A stretch of 64,000 nucleotides of DNA from Lentisphaeria bacterium (GCA_041690595.1 JAWLHB010000029.1:1-64000), one strand, 5' to 3'. Shown: positions 46,114 to 57,056, numbered from the stretch's first letter. Notes: generated from the letters alone by a model not told the origin. Numbers and translations: made by a program.

Positions 46114-47535
46114 ATGCCAGAATCCACTCGCCCCCATCTGCTTCTGCTCATGTCCGACCAGCACAATCCGGCCATCAGCGGGTATGCCGGCGACCCGCGG
46201 GTAGTCACCCCGACTCTCGATGCGCTGGCATCGGCGGGTACAACCTTCGCCACCTGCTACAGCAATCATCCGCTCTGTGTACCGTCACGCATGTCACTTC
46301 TGACATCCCGGCACAGCCACCAGTTAGGGATCTGGGGCAACAGCGACGCGCTGTCGAGCAATGTGCCGACGCTGGCGCATAGTCTGGGCATTGCCGGTTA
46401 TCGCACGGTTCTGGCTGGCCGGATGCACTTCATCGGCGGCGATCAGTACCACGGCTTTCAGGAGCGCCTGGTGGGGGATGTGAGCAGCGGCAATCTGGGC
46501 GTGAACCGCGCGGAGTATCGTTCCCGCGGTTTCTTTGGAATCGCTGAAGCGCTCTTCAATGCAGGCCCCGGCCTGGCACACGATCTCAACTACGATACGG
46601 CGGTCGCGATGGACGCCTGTCGGCTCATTCGCGATCACGACGAAAGTGGCGATCCTCGTCCCCTCTGCCTGATGGTCTCCCTCTATTCTCCACACGACCC
46701 GTATCGCGTCCATGAACGCTACTATCGCCCGTACGCGGAAAACGCCGACTTGCCTGCCGACTGCCCCCCGGCGTCGCTGCACCCACTCAACCGCCAGATA
46801 ATTGAGGGCAACCACTTCGATGAAGCGACCGAGGCGCAGGTGAAAGCCGCACGTGCTGCCTATCGCGGCAAAGTCACCTTCATGGATGAGCTTTTTGGTG
46901 CCGTCGTCGAGACGTGGCGGGAGAGTCGCCTGGGCGAGGATGCCGCCATTGCCTACTTCAGCGATCATGGCGAGATGCTTGGCGAACACGGACTGTGGGG
47001 AAAGAGCACCTTTTATGAAGCGTCCGCCCTGGTCCCACTGATCCTGCATGCACCGGGACGGATCCCCGCCGGGCGCCGAATCCAGGAACCAGTCAGCCTG
47101 CTCGACCTGGTCCCGACTCTCCTCGATCTTGTCGATGCCGAGGCCTTGCCGGACCAGCGGGGGCAATCTCTGCTCCCTCCTCTTGCCGGAGAGGGAGCTT
47201 GGCCGGAAGTGATCTACAGCGAGCTTACCTGCGGGGGAAATCCCAGCCGCATGGTGCGGCGCGGCCCGTGGAAACTCAACACCTACGATGGCCATGCCCC
47301 TGAACTCTTCAATCTGCTGGATGATCCCGGCGAACTGCATGATCGGGCCGCGGACCCCGCTTCTTCCGCCATCCTGCGGGAGCTTCTCGATCTGGTGACA
47401 GCCGATGGCTGGTCCCCAGCCGCGATCCGCTCGACCATGGCCGAGCGGCGGGGCGACTACGAATTCCTTGCCCGGTGGACGCAGGCAGTCAATCCCCGGG
47501 ACTGGGTGCAATGGGGAATTCCCGCCCCCTTGTAG
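46114..47535 (+). CDS. Cys-type sulfatase (choline-sulfatase-like)
   Basis: MSDQH, CVPSR, GRMHF and SDHGEMLGEHG. Confidence 0.93.
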   Translation: MPESTRPHLLLLMSDQHNPAISGYAGDPRVVTPTLDALASAGTTFATCYSNHPLCVPSRMSLLTSRHSHQLGIWGNSDALSSNVPTLAHSLGIAGYRTVLAGRMHFIGGDQYHGFQERLVGDVSSGNLGVNRAEYRSRGFFGIAEALFNAGPGLAHDLNYDTAVAMDACRLIRDHDESGDPRPLCLMVSLYSPHDPYRVHERYYRPYAENADLPADCPPASLHPLNRQIIEGNHFDEATEAQVKAARAAYRGKVTFMDELFGAVVETWRESRLGEDAAIAYFSDHGEMLGEHGLWGKSTFYEASALVPLILHAPGRIPAGRRIQEPVSLLDLVPTLLDLVDAEALPDQRGQSLLPPLAGEGAWPEVIYSELTCGGNPSRMVRRGPWKLNTYDGHAPELFNLLDDPGELHDRAADPASSAILRELLDLVTADGWSPAAIRSTMAERRGDYEFLARWTQAVNPRDWVQWGIPAPL

Positions 47536-47926
47536 TTCCGTTCGCCCTTGACGTAGCGATCGCTCGGCGGCTATATCCATTTTGGCCGCCAACGCTTCAG
47601 TATCTCCTGCCTCGTCTCACCATCACGAGCAACCGCGGCATTCGGCGTGCAACGGTATCGACAGAAAGCAGTGAAGCCACCCATTTCGTAGCACATGCTG
47701 CGATTCCGGTACGTGGTAAGCATGATACCAGCGCCGACTGACACTGCCGTTTTCGGAAGCCCATGTCATGCTGCGATTCCAGTGCGTGGCACGGTACCGG
47801 GGCCAGCCGACAGCTGAACAAGGGCTCCTCGGTAGCTTCCATCCACCCATATCATTTTCGACATCGATTTGAAGCACGCCTTGATCTCGGTATCTTACTA
47901 CTAAACCTTTTAAACTCTAGGATCTC

Positions 47927-48667
47927 ATGCACATAACCCCAGACGGAATAATCGGTGAGTGGACCCGAGTAGTGGCGTCGAGAGCGAGACTGAGGCTGCT
48001 CTCGATGCTGGCGAAAGAGGTCGACTTGCCGCATAAGTCGCTGGCCGGACGACTCGGGTGTACGCCGGCTGCACTCAGTATTGAATTGCGACTACTCCTG
48101 CGCTTCCACTTGGTCGAACGACAGATGCGAGACAATCGCGTTCATTGGGTAAGACCAAGTCACCACGACGATTGCCCGGAACACCTCGCCATGCTGAACG
48201 ATTGGCTCTATGAGGTGCTCGCATCGAGTTCGGATGAGGATGTCGCGCGGGATCGCCTGCATGATCTGGTATTCGCGAGCGCTACCGTCTTCACCTGCCC
48301 GCGCCGGACCGCCCTGCTGCGCCTGCTCCACCAGGCCGGCGGCAGCATGCCGCTGCCTGAACTGCGGGTACGGCTGAAAATGTCATTTCCAACGCTCGCA
48401 CACCACCTCGACAAGCTGGTGCGGCGGAAGATCGTCAGGCTCCACCACCCAGCCGGACATCGCCACAGCGTCTGCACGTTGTGCCTCCACAAGGCGCCGC
48501 CACTCCTGCAGGCGCTGTATGGCCTGGTCATGTTCGCTCAACGGCAGGAAGAGCCTCGGCCACCCTCTTCCCCGCCTGTCAACTTTCTCTCACCGGTGGC
48601 GATCGACGATTTCCCGCCCCACGATGAATCGGTCCACGACGACACTTCCCATAATCAACTGGAATAG
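47927..48667 (+). CDS. Tandem winged-helix (ArsR/MarR-like) DNA-binding protein
   Basis: Two similar units: RARLRLLSML...SLAGRLG...LSIELRLL...LV and PRRTALLRLL...ELRVRLKMS...LAHHLDKL...IV. Confidence 0.6.
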   Translation: MHITPDGIIGEWTRVVASRARLRLLSMLAKEVDLPHKSLAGRLGCTPAALSIELRLLLRFHLVERQMRDNRVHWVRPSHHDDCPEHLAMLNDWLYEVLASSSDEDVARDRLHDLVFASATVFTCPRRTALLRLLHQAGGSMPLPELRVRLKMSFPTLAHHLDKLVRRKIVRLHHPAGHRHSVCTLCLHKAPPLLQALYGLVMFAQRQEEPRPPSSPPVNFLSPVAIDDFPPHDESVHDDTSHNQLE

Positions 48668-48723
48668 GCAGCTTGCTCCTGAAGCCTCCAGGAACCAATC
48701 GCGGCGTGTTGCGTCTTAAGACC

Positions 48724-51000
48724 ATGCGGACATGGCTCAATCAATATCTCCTCGCGCTGATTCTCGGCGCAAGCCTGACAGTTAGCGCCCAGGAGCGCCA
48801 AGTCTGGCTTGCGAACGTCAGCTCTACCGCGGAGATGCAGACGGTGGCCCTGCCGGCTGGAAGCTGGGGACTGCCGACTGACGGCACGAGCTGGTGGCGC
48901 GACCTCACGGGCCAAATCGCCGACCCGATCCGTTGCGATGAAAGCGGCGTTTATCTTCGTGCCGCCTTGCCGCCCATGAGCGTGATCGCCCTTCGCCTTG
49001 CACCGGCGACGGATGCCGGAACAATCGATGACGGTGCCCCACCACAGCAGTCGTCCCCCTTTGTGGGACTGGTCAGGGAAGAGAATGGTCAGTTCGCGGG
49101 CCGCCATGGTCCATTCACCATCACCGTTCGCGATGACAATGCCGATCAGGCTCCGGATATGTTGGGTGATCGCTGGCTCATACAAGAAGGCCATCGTGCC
49201 TGCCTCGGCTTCACGTTTTTCGCCCCTATCACGGATCCCCTGAGGCGAGCCCATGCGGTGCATGTCTCGGTGGATGCGGATGCGAGCGGCACGATTGAGG
49301 AGCAGGAGTGGCAGCGGCCTCGCTGGCGTCTGGAAGATCGCAGCGGCGGGGGCGCTTTCCTGCATGGCAATCTGTTGACTGGCGGCGATGCCGTCGCGAC
49401 TACTGTCTCCCACGCACCAGAAGGTTCGCCTGATGGCCGGTGGTGGGATTCCGTAGCGACAGTATACGATCTCGATAACGATGGTGACGGCGACCTGATG
49501 GTGGAGGAACGCCATATCCATCAACAGAATCGGCTGACGACGCATCGGGTTCATGCCGATACCGGGGATGACAAAGCGGCTTTCACGGTCCGGATCGATC
49601 CGGTCAATTCCACGCTCTATTTCCAATCCACTGCCGCCATACAAGGCGATTACCTGCCACTTCGTCAGGGAGCGCTGCAGGCAGAGCGGGAAGAATGGCT
49701 TGTCAACGAGCTCTGGACCTATCGGATCGACGACCAGTCGGCGGCCTTGACTCAGCTTGGCGGCTCCGGTTTTCAAGCTGGTCTGGCACCGCCGATCCAG
49801 AGCATTCAACTGGGAGACAAGTGGGGTCACGCTCCTCCGCTCAATACTCGGCTGATTCCCTCACAATGGAAAGGGGATGCCCTCTCCATTACCACGCACT
49901 GGCCGCATCTTGCGCATCAGTATCAGTCGTTCAAGATCGTCGGCCGGGACGATGGGCAGACCGCTCGCCACGAAAAGATCCTTCCCGGCACACCACCTTG
50001 GCTTTACTGGTCTCCCGCGCTCGATGGCTATCATGCGGGCGGCGCCATCAGCGGCGTATCCAGCAACGGCATGCATTATTATGACGAGGATGGAAACGGC
50101 TTCATCGATCACTATGTCTATCGCGACGTCCACGAGAACCAGCAACGGGTTCGTTCCCTTTACGTTCTACCCGCAACCAGGGAACTGATGCTCCGTCAGG
50201 GGGATAAGGCCGTCGTCTGGCGCGAGGAGATCGACATGAAGAAGCTTGCCGTCACCCCCGACAATCTGGCGAAGCTGGAGTTGGGAACCAGCCGCGGTGA
50301 GCCACTGGTGATGAGGCTCGCGTTGGACAGGAATGGCCGCCTGCCCGGCTATCCAGCCACCGCGGTTCAGAAGCCAGGCATTCCCTTGCTGATGGATGGA
50401 TGGCATGCCAACAGAAAGCTGGTAGCCGAGTCAACGCCGATTGGACTTCTGCACGCGCTTCCGCCGCTGGACAGGCACGGCTTTACCACCATCGATCAGG
50501 TGACGCCGCTGGAAAACACCTCACTTCCGCCTGATGGAGTCGTCGTGATGACCCATTTCGCCCGCGGACCGGGAGAGGAAGAGATGCGCCTGCTGCGCGC
50601 CTGGGTAGCCATGGGCGGCACCCTGATTCTCGCACCGGCAGAGAGCACCGAGCCGCAGCGAATCGCCATGAATGCCGTACTGGAAGCACTTGGCGTAAAG
50701 GCACGATACAGCCGCGAGCGGACCGTACCGATAGACGCCCTTACAGATACGACAGGCCGCCTGCTCGATGGCTCGACCCTCCCTGCACTTGGCGGATTCG
50801 CCGTGACCGGCGCGGACCGGCCACTTCTCCTGCATGACAAGCATGTCCTTCTTGGCTGGCACTCCCTTTCCGCCGGCCGAATCTATCTCGCTGGCTTTCC
50901 CTTCATGAGCAATCTCTTTTATGAGCCAGACAGTGCCACGTCGCATCTGCGGCTTCTGAGCAATTTTCTCGCCATGCTGAAGGAAGAGGTACAACGGTGA
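48724..51000 (+). CDS. Exported hypothetical protein with DxDxDG-type Ca-binding motifs
   Basis: Signal peptide MRTWLNQYLLALILG...; DADASGTIE, DLDNDGDGD and DEDGNGFID; C-terminal LRAWVAMGGTLIL (class I GATase-like). Confidence 0.75.
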   Translation: MRTWLNQYLLALILGASLTVSAQERQVWLANVSSTAEMQTVALPAGSWGLPTDGTSWWRDLTGQIADPIRCDESGVYLRAALPPMSVIALRLAPATDAGTIDDGAPPQQSSPFVGLVREENGQFAGRHGPFTITVRDDNADQAPDMLGDRWLIQEGHRACLGFTFFAPITDPLRRAHAVHVSVDADASGTIEEQEWQRPRWRLEDRSGGGAFLHGNLLTGGDAVATTVSHAPEGSPDGRWWDSVATVYDLDNDGDGDLMVEERHIHQQNRLTTHRVHADTGDDKAAFTVRIDPVNSTLYFQSTAAIQGDYLPLRQGALQAEREEWLVNELWTYRIDDQSAALTQLGGSGFQAGLAPPIQSIQLGDKWGHAPPLNTRLIPSQWKGDALSITTHWPHLAHQYQSFKIVGRDDGQTARHEKILPGTPPWLYWSPALDGYHAGGAISGVSSNGMHYYDEDGNGFIDHYVYRDVHENQQRVRSLYVLPATRELMLRQGDKAVVWREEIDMKKLAVTPDNLAKLELGTSRGEPLVMRLALDRNGRLPGYPATAVQKPGIPLLMDGWHANRKLVAESTPIGLLHALPPLDRHGFTTIDQVTPLENTSLPPDGVVVMTHFARGPGEEEMRLLRAWVAMGGTLILAPAESTEPQRIAMNAVLEALGVKARYSRERTVPIDALTDTTGRLLDGSTLPALGGFAVTGADRPLLLHDKHVLLGWHSLSAGRIYLAGFPFMSNLFYEPDSATSHLRLLSNFLAMLKEEVQR

Positions 51001-52277
51001 AACTGCTTCTCTTCATCCTGCTGCTCCTGCCGTCTTCCCTCGTTGCGCAAAGCGGAACCAGTTGGGAAAGCAATCTGGCGGAGCGGTGGCAGGTCGTGAA
51101 CGTGAGCAATGGCCATATCCACATCGGGCTTGCACCGCAGCTTGGCGGCCGGCTGATCGCGCTGCAAAGGCAGGGCGGGGAGCAGAACCTGCTGCATCTC
51201 CAGGACAATGCCTACCTTCACCTGACAGCCGACGACGTGCCTGCTCACCTGCCTCTGCCCCGACCTGGAGGCATGTGGGATGTGGTGTCTCCCTTCCGTC
51301 TTGCCGAACTTGATCCTCTTCAACCAACGCGGGTTCAGGTACTTGACGACCCGATTCGCATTCGCACGGAAGCAAACATCGAGAGCATCCGCCACGAGCG
51401 GATCTTCAAGTTGCTGCCAAGTTCCAGCATCATGATCATGGAGTCCACCCTGAGCAATGAAAGCGAAGGCTGGGCAAGACTCGGGCTCACCGCGCAAGCG
51501 GACTTCGTCCCGCGGCCAGCGGGGCCTCTCGATGAGGCGGCAACGGAGTTGGTGCTCCTTGACGCGGAAAAGCGGAGCATTCTCATACTCCGGATCCCGG
51601 AAGGCGAGGGTTATTTCCAAGAGGTCACCGCCGTGCCTCCGATTGTTCCGAATCCCGCTCCTTTCAGCGTAGGCATACAACAGGAGCCGCGCCTGGTCGC
51701 ACCCGGCGACAAGCTGAGCTTTCACTACGAGTGTCTCCTCTATCGCGGCCTGACCGCCATCGACCTGCGGCACGACGATATCCTCTTGCAGGTCGACTTG
51801 GATCGACCTGCTTACCGTGCCGGCGAGACCATCCTCGTAAGTGTTGGCGCGGCACGGCCGACCATGGGGCCAGTCTTCGATGTCAGCATGAAGGCCGGCG
51901 AGTTTGCGCGCGATATCACCTTCAGCTCACCCCAGCCCGGAGTGAGCCAATGGTTTGAATGGCGGCTGCCTGACGGTTTCGCGGCGGACGGCGAGTACCC
52001 GGTGACCCTCTCTGCTTTTGGCCAGAGACACACCATCATTGCACACGTAGCGAGTGAACGCTTCGCCGCGCTGGATGAGCAGTTGGAGATCGCCAACCGG
52101 ATCATCGGCGAGATTGCCGCGGCAGGTACACTTGCCAAGCGAACGGAGGCCGCGATGGGGCGCGCGCGGCTCGCGGCAATTCGCAATCTGGTGGAGGCCA
52201 GAGAGATCGACCAGGCCGATACGCAGGTTGTCATGCTGCTCGACGACCTGACACGCTGGCGCAACGAAGCTCGCTGA
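50997..52277 (+). CDS. Exported hypothetical protein (galactose-mutarotase-like N-terminus)
   Basis: Signal peptide; SNGHI-x-I-x-LAPQLGGRLI...NLL; GTGA coupling. Confidence 0.7.
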   Translation: MKLLLFILLLLPSSLVAQSGTSWESNLAERWQVVNVSNGHIHIGLAPQLGGRLIALQRQGGEQNLLHLQDNAYLHLTADDVPAHLPLPRPGGMWDVVSPFRLAELDPLQPTRVQVLDDPIRIRTEANIESIRHERIFKLLPSSSIMIMESTLSNESEGWARLGLTAQADFVPRPAGPLDEAATELVLLDAEKRSILILRIPEGEGYFQEVTAVPPIVPNPAPFSVGIQQEPRLVAPGDKLSFHYECLLYRGLTAIDLRHDDILLQVDLDRPAYRAGETILVSVGAARPTMGPVFDVSMKAGEFARDITFSSPQPGVSQWFEWRLPDGFAADGEYPVTLSAFGQRHTIIAHVASERFAALDEQLEIANRIIGEIAAAGTLAKRTEAAMGRARLAAIRNLVEAREIDQADTQVVMLLDDLTRWRNEAR

Positions 52278-52296
52278 GCCAAAGCTTCAGGCTGGC

Positions 52297-54471
52297 TCAC
52301 CCCGGCGTAAAACCAGCGCGTTGAAGCAGCCCTCCCGGGTCGCGCAAACGGCCGCTATCGATCATCGGCGCGACACCGGCTTCCCAGTCTGCCGCGAGAA
52401 GCAGAGGGACCCGCACCTGGTTGTCGTACGGTGCAACGGTACATGCGCCGGTGACATGATCGAGGCGCGCTCCAGCCACGGCATCGAAATACCCCCAGAC
52501 GACAATACCTCGCGGATAGGTCATCAGATTGTTGCCGTTGAAGGTCTCGAAGAAGAGATGCGCCCCCTGCGTGTTGACCACCACCTGAAACTCCCAGTAG
52601 CGGTCCATCAGTGCCCGGAGATCGACGCCACGATAGAGGGCGCTCAGGTCTCGCAGCAGGTTCATGGAGATCCAGCCGATGCGGCAGGTAGCCTTGATAT
52701 CGCCGCCCTCCCCCACCATCGCTCCCGGCATGTCACCCTCGAAGTCGCTGTGGCGGCAGCCATACTTGTCGAGGCAGCGCTCGGTTGCCACCCGCAGATC
52801 CATGGTGAGCTGCTCTTCGCTGATATCGAGGCGGCGGCCGATCATGTCCAGCAGCGTCAGGCCATTGATCGTGTAGATGTGCGCGGCATCCCAGCCGGGC
52901 AGAACGCCATCCTTGAAGGTCTCGCCGGTCCACTCGTTCTTCACTCCTTCGGCACTGGCATCGAGCAAGGTCACGAAATGGTCATCCAGCCAGGCGCGCT
53001 CGCGCAAGGCATCGGCGATGATGGCGGCGGCTTCACGATAGCGCGCGACGACGCCGGTGGTGTCGCCGGCGTGAGCCAGCATATCCGCGCCTGTCTCGAA
53101 GGCAGCCATGGCTTTTACCGCCAGGTAAACCTGCTCCTTGCCGAACTGCACTGCCGGCGAGGCATCGTCGATGGTGTTGGAGGTGCCCAGGTCGGGAACG
53201 CCGTTGCCGGTGGTATCGCAGGCCAGAACGAAGTCGAGCGCCTGGCGCAGGATGCCGGCGTGCCGGTGCACTCGCGAATCATCGCCCGAGCGGCGCCAGT
53301 AGGCATAGCTCATCAGGACGTAATTGGTGTTTTCCTCGACCGGCATCGGGTGGTTGTAACGGGTCGTGTCGATGTCGCTCATCTGGCCGATGTCATGCAT
53401 GAAGACAACCGTGCCCTTGGCGCGATCGCCGATAATCTGGTCACCGGGCACCACGAAGTCCGGCCATTCATCCAGCTCCATGGCCAGCAATTCCGGCCAG
53501 ACAGCCAGATAGAAGGGTGTCTGCGTGTATTCCACATCGACAGTGGAATGGAAGTAGCAGCTCCCTTCCCAGACGGTGAACCAGTCGCGTTCACTGCCCC
53601 GGCACCACCAGGTATTGGCCAGCCATGCGTGCAGTGTCAGCGCCATCAGATTCGAGGTGCTGCGGGAGAGGTTGTGCGATGCCATAATCCCGTCAACCCG
53701 GGCAGCGTTCTCCTTCAGCGCCAGAGGTTCCCGCCGCACCCAGTCGATCACCTCCCGCAGCGAGGCAAAGTTCTCGGTGTACTTGAAGGGGGCGGGTTCA
53801 CCATGCACCCGCATCATCGGCTCACTCCATGTGCACCATGAGAGATGAATGCTGGCATCTTCCAGTTCGGAAGGAGGACGCGAGAGGCAGACTTTGCCAT
53901 CGCGCACCTCTCCTCGATGCACAACCCAGGCATCTTCCTGCTGAATTGGCCGCCGGTTCTCCGTGTCGCTCCGATCGTGATACGCATTGACCGTAAAGCT
54001 CCAGCGAAGCATCTGATCCAGCTGGTCGACATCGCCGAAATCCGGGCAGACCAGCGCGAGAGAGATCTCCACGTTGCCTCGGATGGGAAGCTGGGGGGTC
54101 CAGCGGAACTGTGCGCTGAGGCGCTTCACCCGCAGTTCCAGGTCGAGAACTGGAGAGGTGGAGAAGGCGGGGTCACGTGGGCGAAAGGGAGACTTGACGG
54201 TGAGTTCCAGCTTCAGCGCCGACTCGGGATCGATCCCGGTCAGGGTCAGACCGCATGGGGAGATATCCTGATCGCAGAAGGAGAAGGCTTCGCCCTCGGC
54301 GCGGAGCGGCAGCCAGCGGGTCGTGCCATTGACGGTAAGACCAGCCTGCAGTTCGCAGGGAATCTCCTGAAAGGCGCCGCAGCGGACCACGTATGCCCGC
54401 TTTTCAGCCGGATGAATAAAGAGACCATGGCGGCTCCCCAGAACCATTACCGCATCGGACATCAGCTGCAT
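52297..54471 (-). CDS. GtaA/DUF4965-like six-hairpin glycosidase-superfamily protein
   Basis: STVDV-x-Y...PELL, HDIG...MPVEEN and YLAVK motifs. Confidence 0.7.
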   Translation of the reverse strand: MQLMSDAVMVLGSRHGLFIHPAEKRAYVVRCGAFQEIPCELQAGLTVNGTTRWLPLRAEGEAFSFCDQDISPCGLTLTGIDPESALKLELTVKSPFRPRDPAFSTSPVLDLELRVKRLSAQFRWTPQLPIRGNVEISLALVCPDFGDVDQLDQMLRWSFTVNAYHDRSDTENRRPIQQEDAWVVHRGEVRDGKVCLSRPPSELEDASIHLSWCTWSEPMMRVHGEPAPFKYTENFASLREVIDWVRREPLALKENAARVDGIMASHNLSRSTSNLMALTLHAWLANTWWCRGSERDWFTVWEGSCYFHSTVDVEYTQTPFYLAVWPELLAMELDEWPDFVVPGDQIIGDRAKGTVVFMHDIGQMSDIDTTRYNHPMPVEENTNYVLMSYAYWRRSGDDSRVHRHAGILRQALDFVLACDTTGNGVPDLGTSNTIDDASPAVQFGKEQVYLAVKAMAAFETGADMLAHAGDTTGVVARYREAAAIIADALRERAWLDDHFVTLLDASAEGVKNEWTGETFKDGVLPGWDAAHIYTINGLTLLDMIGRRLDISEEQLTMDLRVATERCLDKYGCRHSDFEGDMPGAMVGEGGDIKATCRIGWISMNLLRDLSALYRGVDLRALMDRYWEFQVVVNTQGAHLFFETFNGNNLMTYPRGIVVWGYFDAVAGARLDHVTGACTVAPYDNQVRVPLLLAADWEAGVAPMIDSGRLRDPGGLLQRAGFTPG

Positions 54472-54560
54472 GAGACCTTCTCCCGTTGATGAATGGATGA
54501 CACACGGCACACCATATACCCGCCCCGCATTCTCGCCAGCCGGCGCAACACTCCTTTCGC

Positions 54561-56183
54561 TTACTTCTTCAACGGTCTGCCCAGGAGGTCCAGATCCTCC
54601 AGACGGAAGGGAATTTCGAAGGTGCGGACATTGTCGTGCAGCACCAGTTCGAGGCGAAGAGCGCCGATGCTCTCAGCCGGCAACAGGTAGACGAGCTGAA
54701 GGCGGTTGTTGAAGTGCATGGTCGACGTCTGCTGAGTCTTCAGCTGAATGCCGGCTGGCGTATAGAAGTTGAGTTCCTTGAGCGGCGCCGGCAACTTCTC
54801 GGCGAAGTTCAGGTGAAGCTCCTTGCGGTTTTCGTCCCACTTGCTATCGCGAAGCTCGTCTATGGTCAAGCCGAAATGTTCGCCGAAGGTGCCCGGCTTG
54901 ATCTCGGCTGTCCCCAGATCGATGGCGGTGGTGCCTTGGGCGATTTTGTAGGTGACCGCCCCGGCGATCGCGCGAAGGCCGGAGGCATCCGGGGGCGGCG
55001 GAGCCAGCGCGGCCTCGAACACCAGGGTGCGCCGGTCGTGAGACAAAGCCTTCTGTGCATAGCGCCGGATCTTCTCGTCCAGCAGGCTGATACCCTCCAT
55101 GGTAATCGCTTCGGTAATCTCTGTCTTCGCCACCTCCAGAACGGCACCGCTGAAGGTGCCGATCAGCGACAGTGTATAGCCTGGCTTCGACTGGTTGAAG
55201 GGCATGGCGCCAAGCTCCTGATCCGCCTCCTGCACGAGCTGGACCCCGCCCACTCTCAGCGCGGAGAAGCCCTCGCCAGTCGCCGGCGGCAAAGCTTCCT
55301 CGCCCAGGCCGACCCCCATGACCATCGCTTCCATGCCGAGTTGTGCCGCCAGCACTTCCTGCTCATAGTCGAATTGCGGCTGGAGATTGCCGCGCAGGGT
55401 GATACGAGCGGGTCCTGGGTTGCCGAAAAGCTGCTGGTTGAGCGCGGTCAATCCCAGCGCATCATTGGGCTTCTCGCCTTTGCGAACACGCTCTTCCCAC
55501 CAACTGAGGTCGCGAGTGATCGCCTTCAGCGCCGCGACCATCTCCTTGCCGTCATAGAGCAGGCGCACCGAACGCGGCGTCTCCGCCTCCTGAAAAATGA
55601 CAGATTCCTCAGGAGCCGCCGGTAATTCCACGACATACTCCTCGCGCAGGCTCCGCAGAATCTCACTGACCGCGCCAAACTGCCGGTCGAAAAGCTCTCT
55701 GGCAGCCACGGCCTCCTGCTCGACCTGCTCCGCGGACAGGTTGGCGGGCGGCTGACCTTCGGTCTTCTTTCCCGCGCTGCCCAACGTGAGCACCAGCCCG
55801 TCATCGCCAGCCTGCACCTTCCAGTCGCGCATGCCGTTGATCTGCACATTGGGTGAAGCGGTGATCCGGACCAACTCCAGGTTCGGGAAATAGGCAGTCC
55901 CGGAGAAGACAACCTTCTTCTGATCATCGCTCAGGTGGAATGCTACATCGCGCCATGCGTCGATCCCGTCTGAGTGCTTCAGCAGAGAACCAGCGTACTC
56001 TTTTGCCAGGATTTCGGGCGCAGCATTCCGGTTCTGCTGCAGAAATTCATCGCTGAGCGAATGCACAACGCTGTAAACCATCTTGCCCGAACCGTCCGGA
56101 TTGAGGGTAATCGTCTGTTTCGTCTCGTCGCAGCCGACAAGTGCCAGGAGCAGCAGGGGCAGCAGCATCAGGAATCTGTACAT
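54561..56183 (-). CDS. Hypothetical lipoprotein
   Basis: MYRFLMLLPLLLLALVGC lipobox, then TITLNPDGSGK. Confidence 0.8.
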   Translation of the reverse strand: MYRFLMLLPLLLLALVGCDETKQTITLNPDGSGKMVYSVVHSLSDEFLQQNRNAAPEILAKEYAGSLLKHSDGIDAWRDVAFHLSDDQKKVVFSGTAYFPNLELVRITASPNVQINGMRDWKVQAGDDGLVLTLGSAGKKTEGQPPANLSAEQVEQEAVAARELFDRQFGAVSEILRSLREEYVVELPAAPEESVIFQEAETPRSVRLLYDGKEMVAALKAITRDLSWWEERVRKGEKPNDALGLTALNQQLFGNPGPARITLRGNLQPQFDYEQEVLAAQLGMEAMVMGVGLGEEALPPATGEGFSALRVGGVQLVQEADQELGAMPFNQSKPGYTLSLIGTFSGAVLEVAKTEITEAITMEGISLLDEKIRRYAQKALSHDRRTLVFEAALAPPPPDASGLRAIAGAVTYKIAQGTTAIDLGTAEIKPGTFGEHFGLTIDELRDSKWDENRKELHLNFAEKLPAPLKELNFYTPAGIQLKTQQTSTMHFNNRLQLVYLLPAESIGALRLELVLHDNVRTFEIPFRLEDLDLLGRPLKK

Positions 56184-56342
56184 GCGGAAAGCCTCACCAG
56201 AGTAGATGGTTGGGGAAAACGAAATAGCATCGCCGAATATACCACCCATTGATGGCCTGCACAGCCGAAAGAAGAGCAGATCCCTTGCATTGGGACACCA
56301 ATGGACTATGATAGACACCTGCAGACATGGAGGCAGCAGCCG

Positions 56343-57041
56343 ATGCCTGATGAGATCATGACCCTTAGCGAAGTCGCGGACTATCTGAAGGTGGCCGAGA
56401 AAACCGTGCAGCGGATGATCGGCCGTGCGGAGATCCCGTGCGCCAAAGTCGGCGGTCAGTGGCGTTTCATGCGGCGGGTGATCGACCAGTGGCTGATCGG
56501 GCGCATGGGCGCCGGCACTGAATCCGCTACCGCGGCACCGGCTTCCCGGAACGCATCCCCGCCCTTATCGGAGCTGACCCGGAGAGCCTGGATCCTTCCC
56601 GAGTTGGAGCCGGGCGAGCCGCGGGAGCTGCTGGATGCCCTTATCGCTCCTTGGTGTGCCGAAGGCATTATTCAAAACCGCGCCGCCTATCTGAATGGCC
56701 TGCTGGCGCGGGAAAGCATGACGACGACGGTGATCGGCGAAGGCATTGCCGTGCCGCATCTGCGCCAACCGGACGAGAATCCGGCGGCCGGTCCCTTGCT
56801 GGCTATCGGGCGCTGCCCTGCCGGCACGACCTTCGGGACAAGTGACGACTCAATCGTTCATCTCTTTTTTCTGCCGATGACCCGGAGCGAAGTCGTCCAT
56901 GTGCGCCTGCTTGCCCAACTGGCCCGCCTTGCCCGGCAGGAATCCTTCCGGCACGGCTGCCTGACCGCCACCAGTGCAGCCGACCTCCTCGAGCACCTCA
57001 TCCTGCATGAACGCCAGCAGACAAATCCGACACCCGGCTGA
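56343..57041 (+). CDS. Excisionase-type HTH fused to PTS EIIA (PtsN-like)
   Basis: MTLSEVADYLKV...IPCAKVGGQWRF; ARESMTTTVIGEGIAVPH...HVRLLAQLARL. Confidence 0.9.
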   Translation: MPDEIMTLSEVADYLKVAEKTVQRMIGRAEIPCAKVGGQWRFMRRVIDQWLIGRMGAGTESATAAPASRNASPPLSELTRRAWILPELEPGEPRELLDALIAPWCAEGIIQNRAAYLNGLLARESMTTTVIGEGIAVPHLRQPDENPAAGPLLAIGRCPAGTTFGTSDDSIVHLFFLPMTRSEVVHVRLLAQLARLARQESFRHGCLTATSAADLLEHLILHERQQTNPTPG

Positions 57042-57056
57042 ACACGCGAGGATTCG

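Noticed and set aside
56343..56510. Excisionase as evidence of a prophage
   Set aside because: It is the HTH domain of an HTH-EIIA fusion in a housekeeping context.
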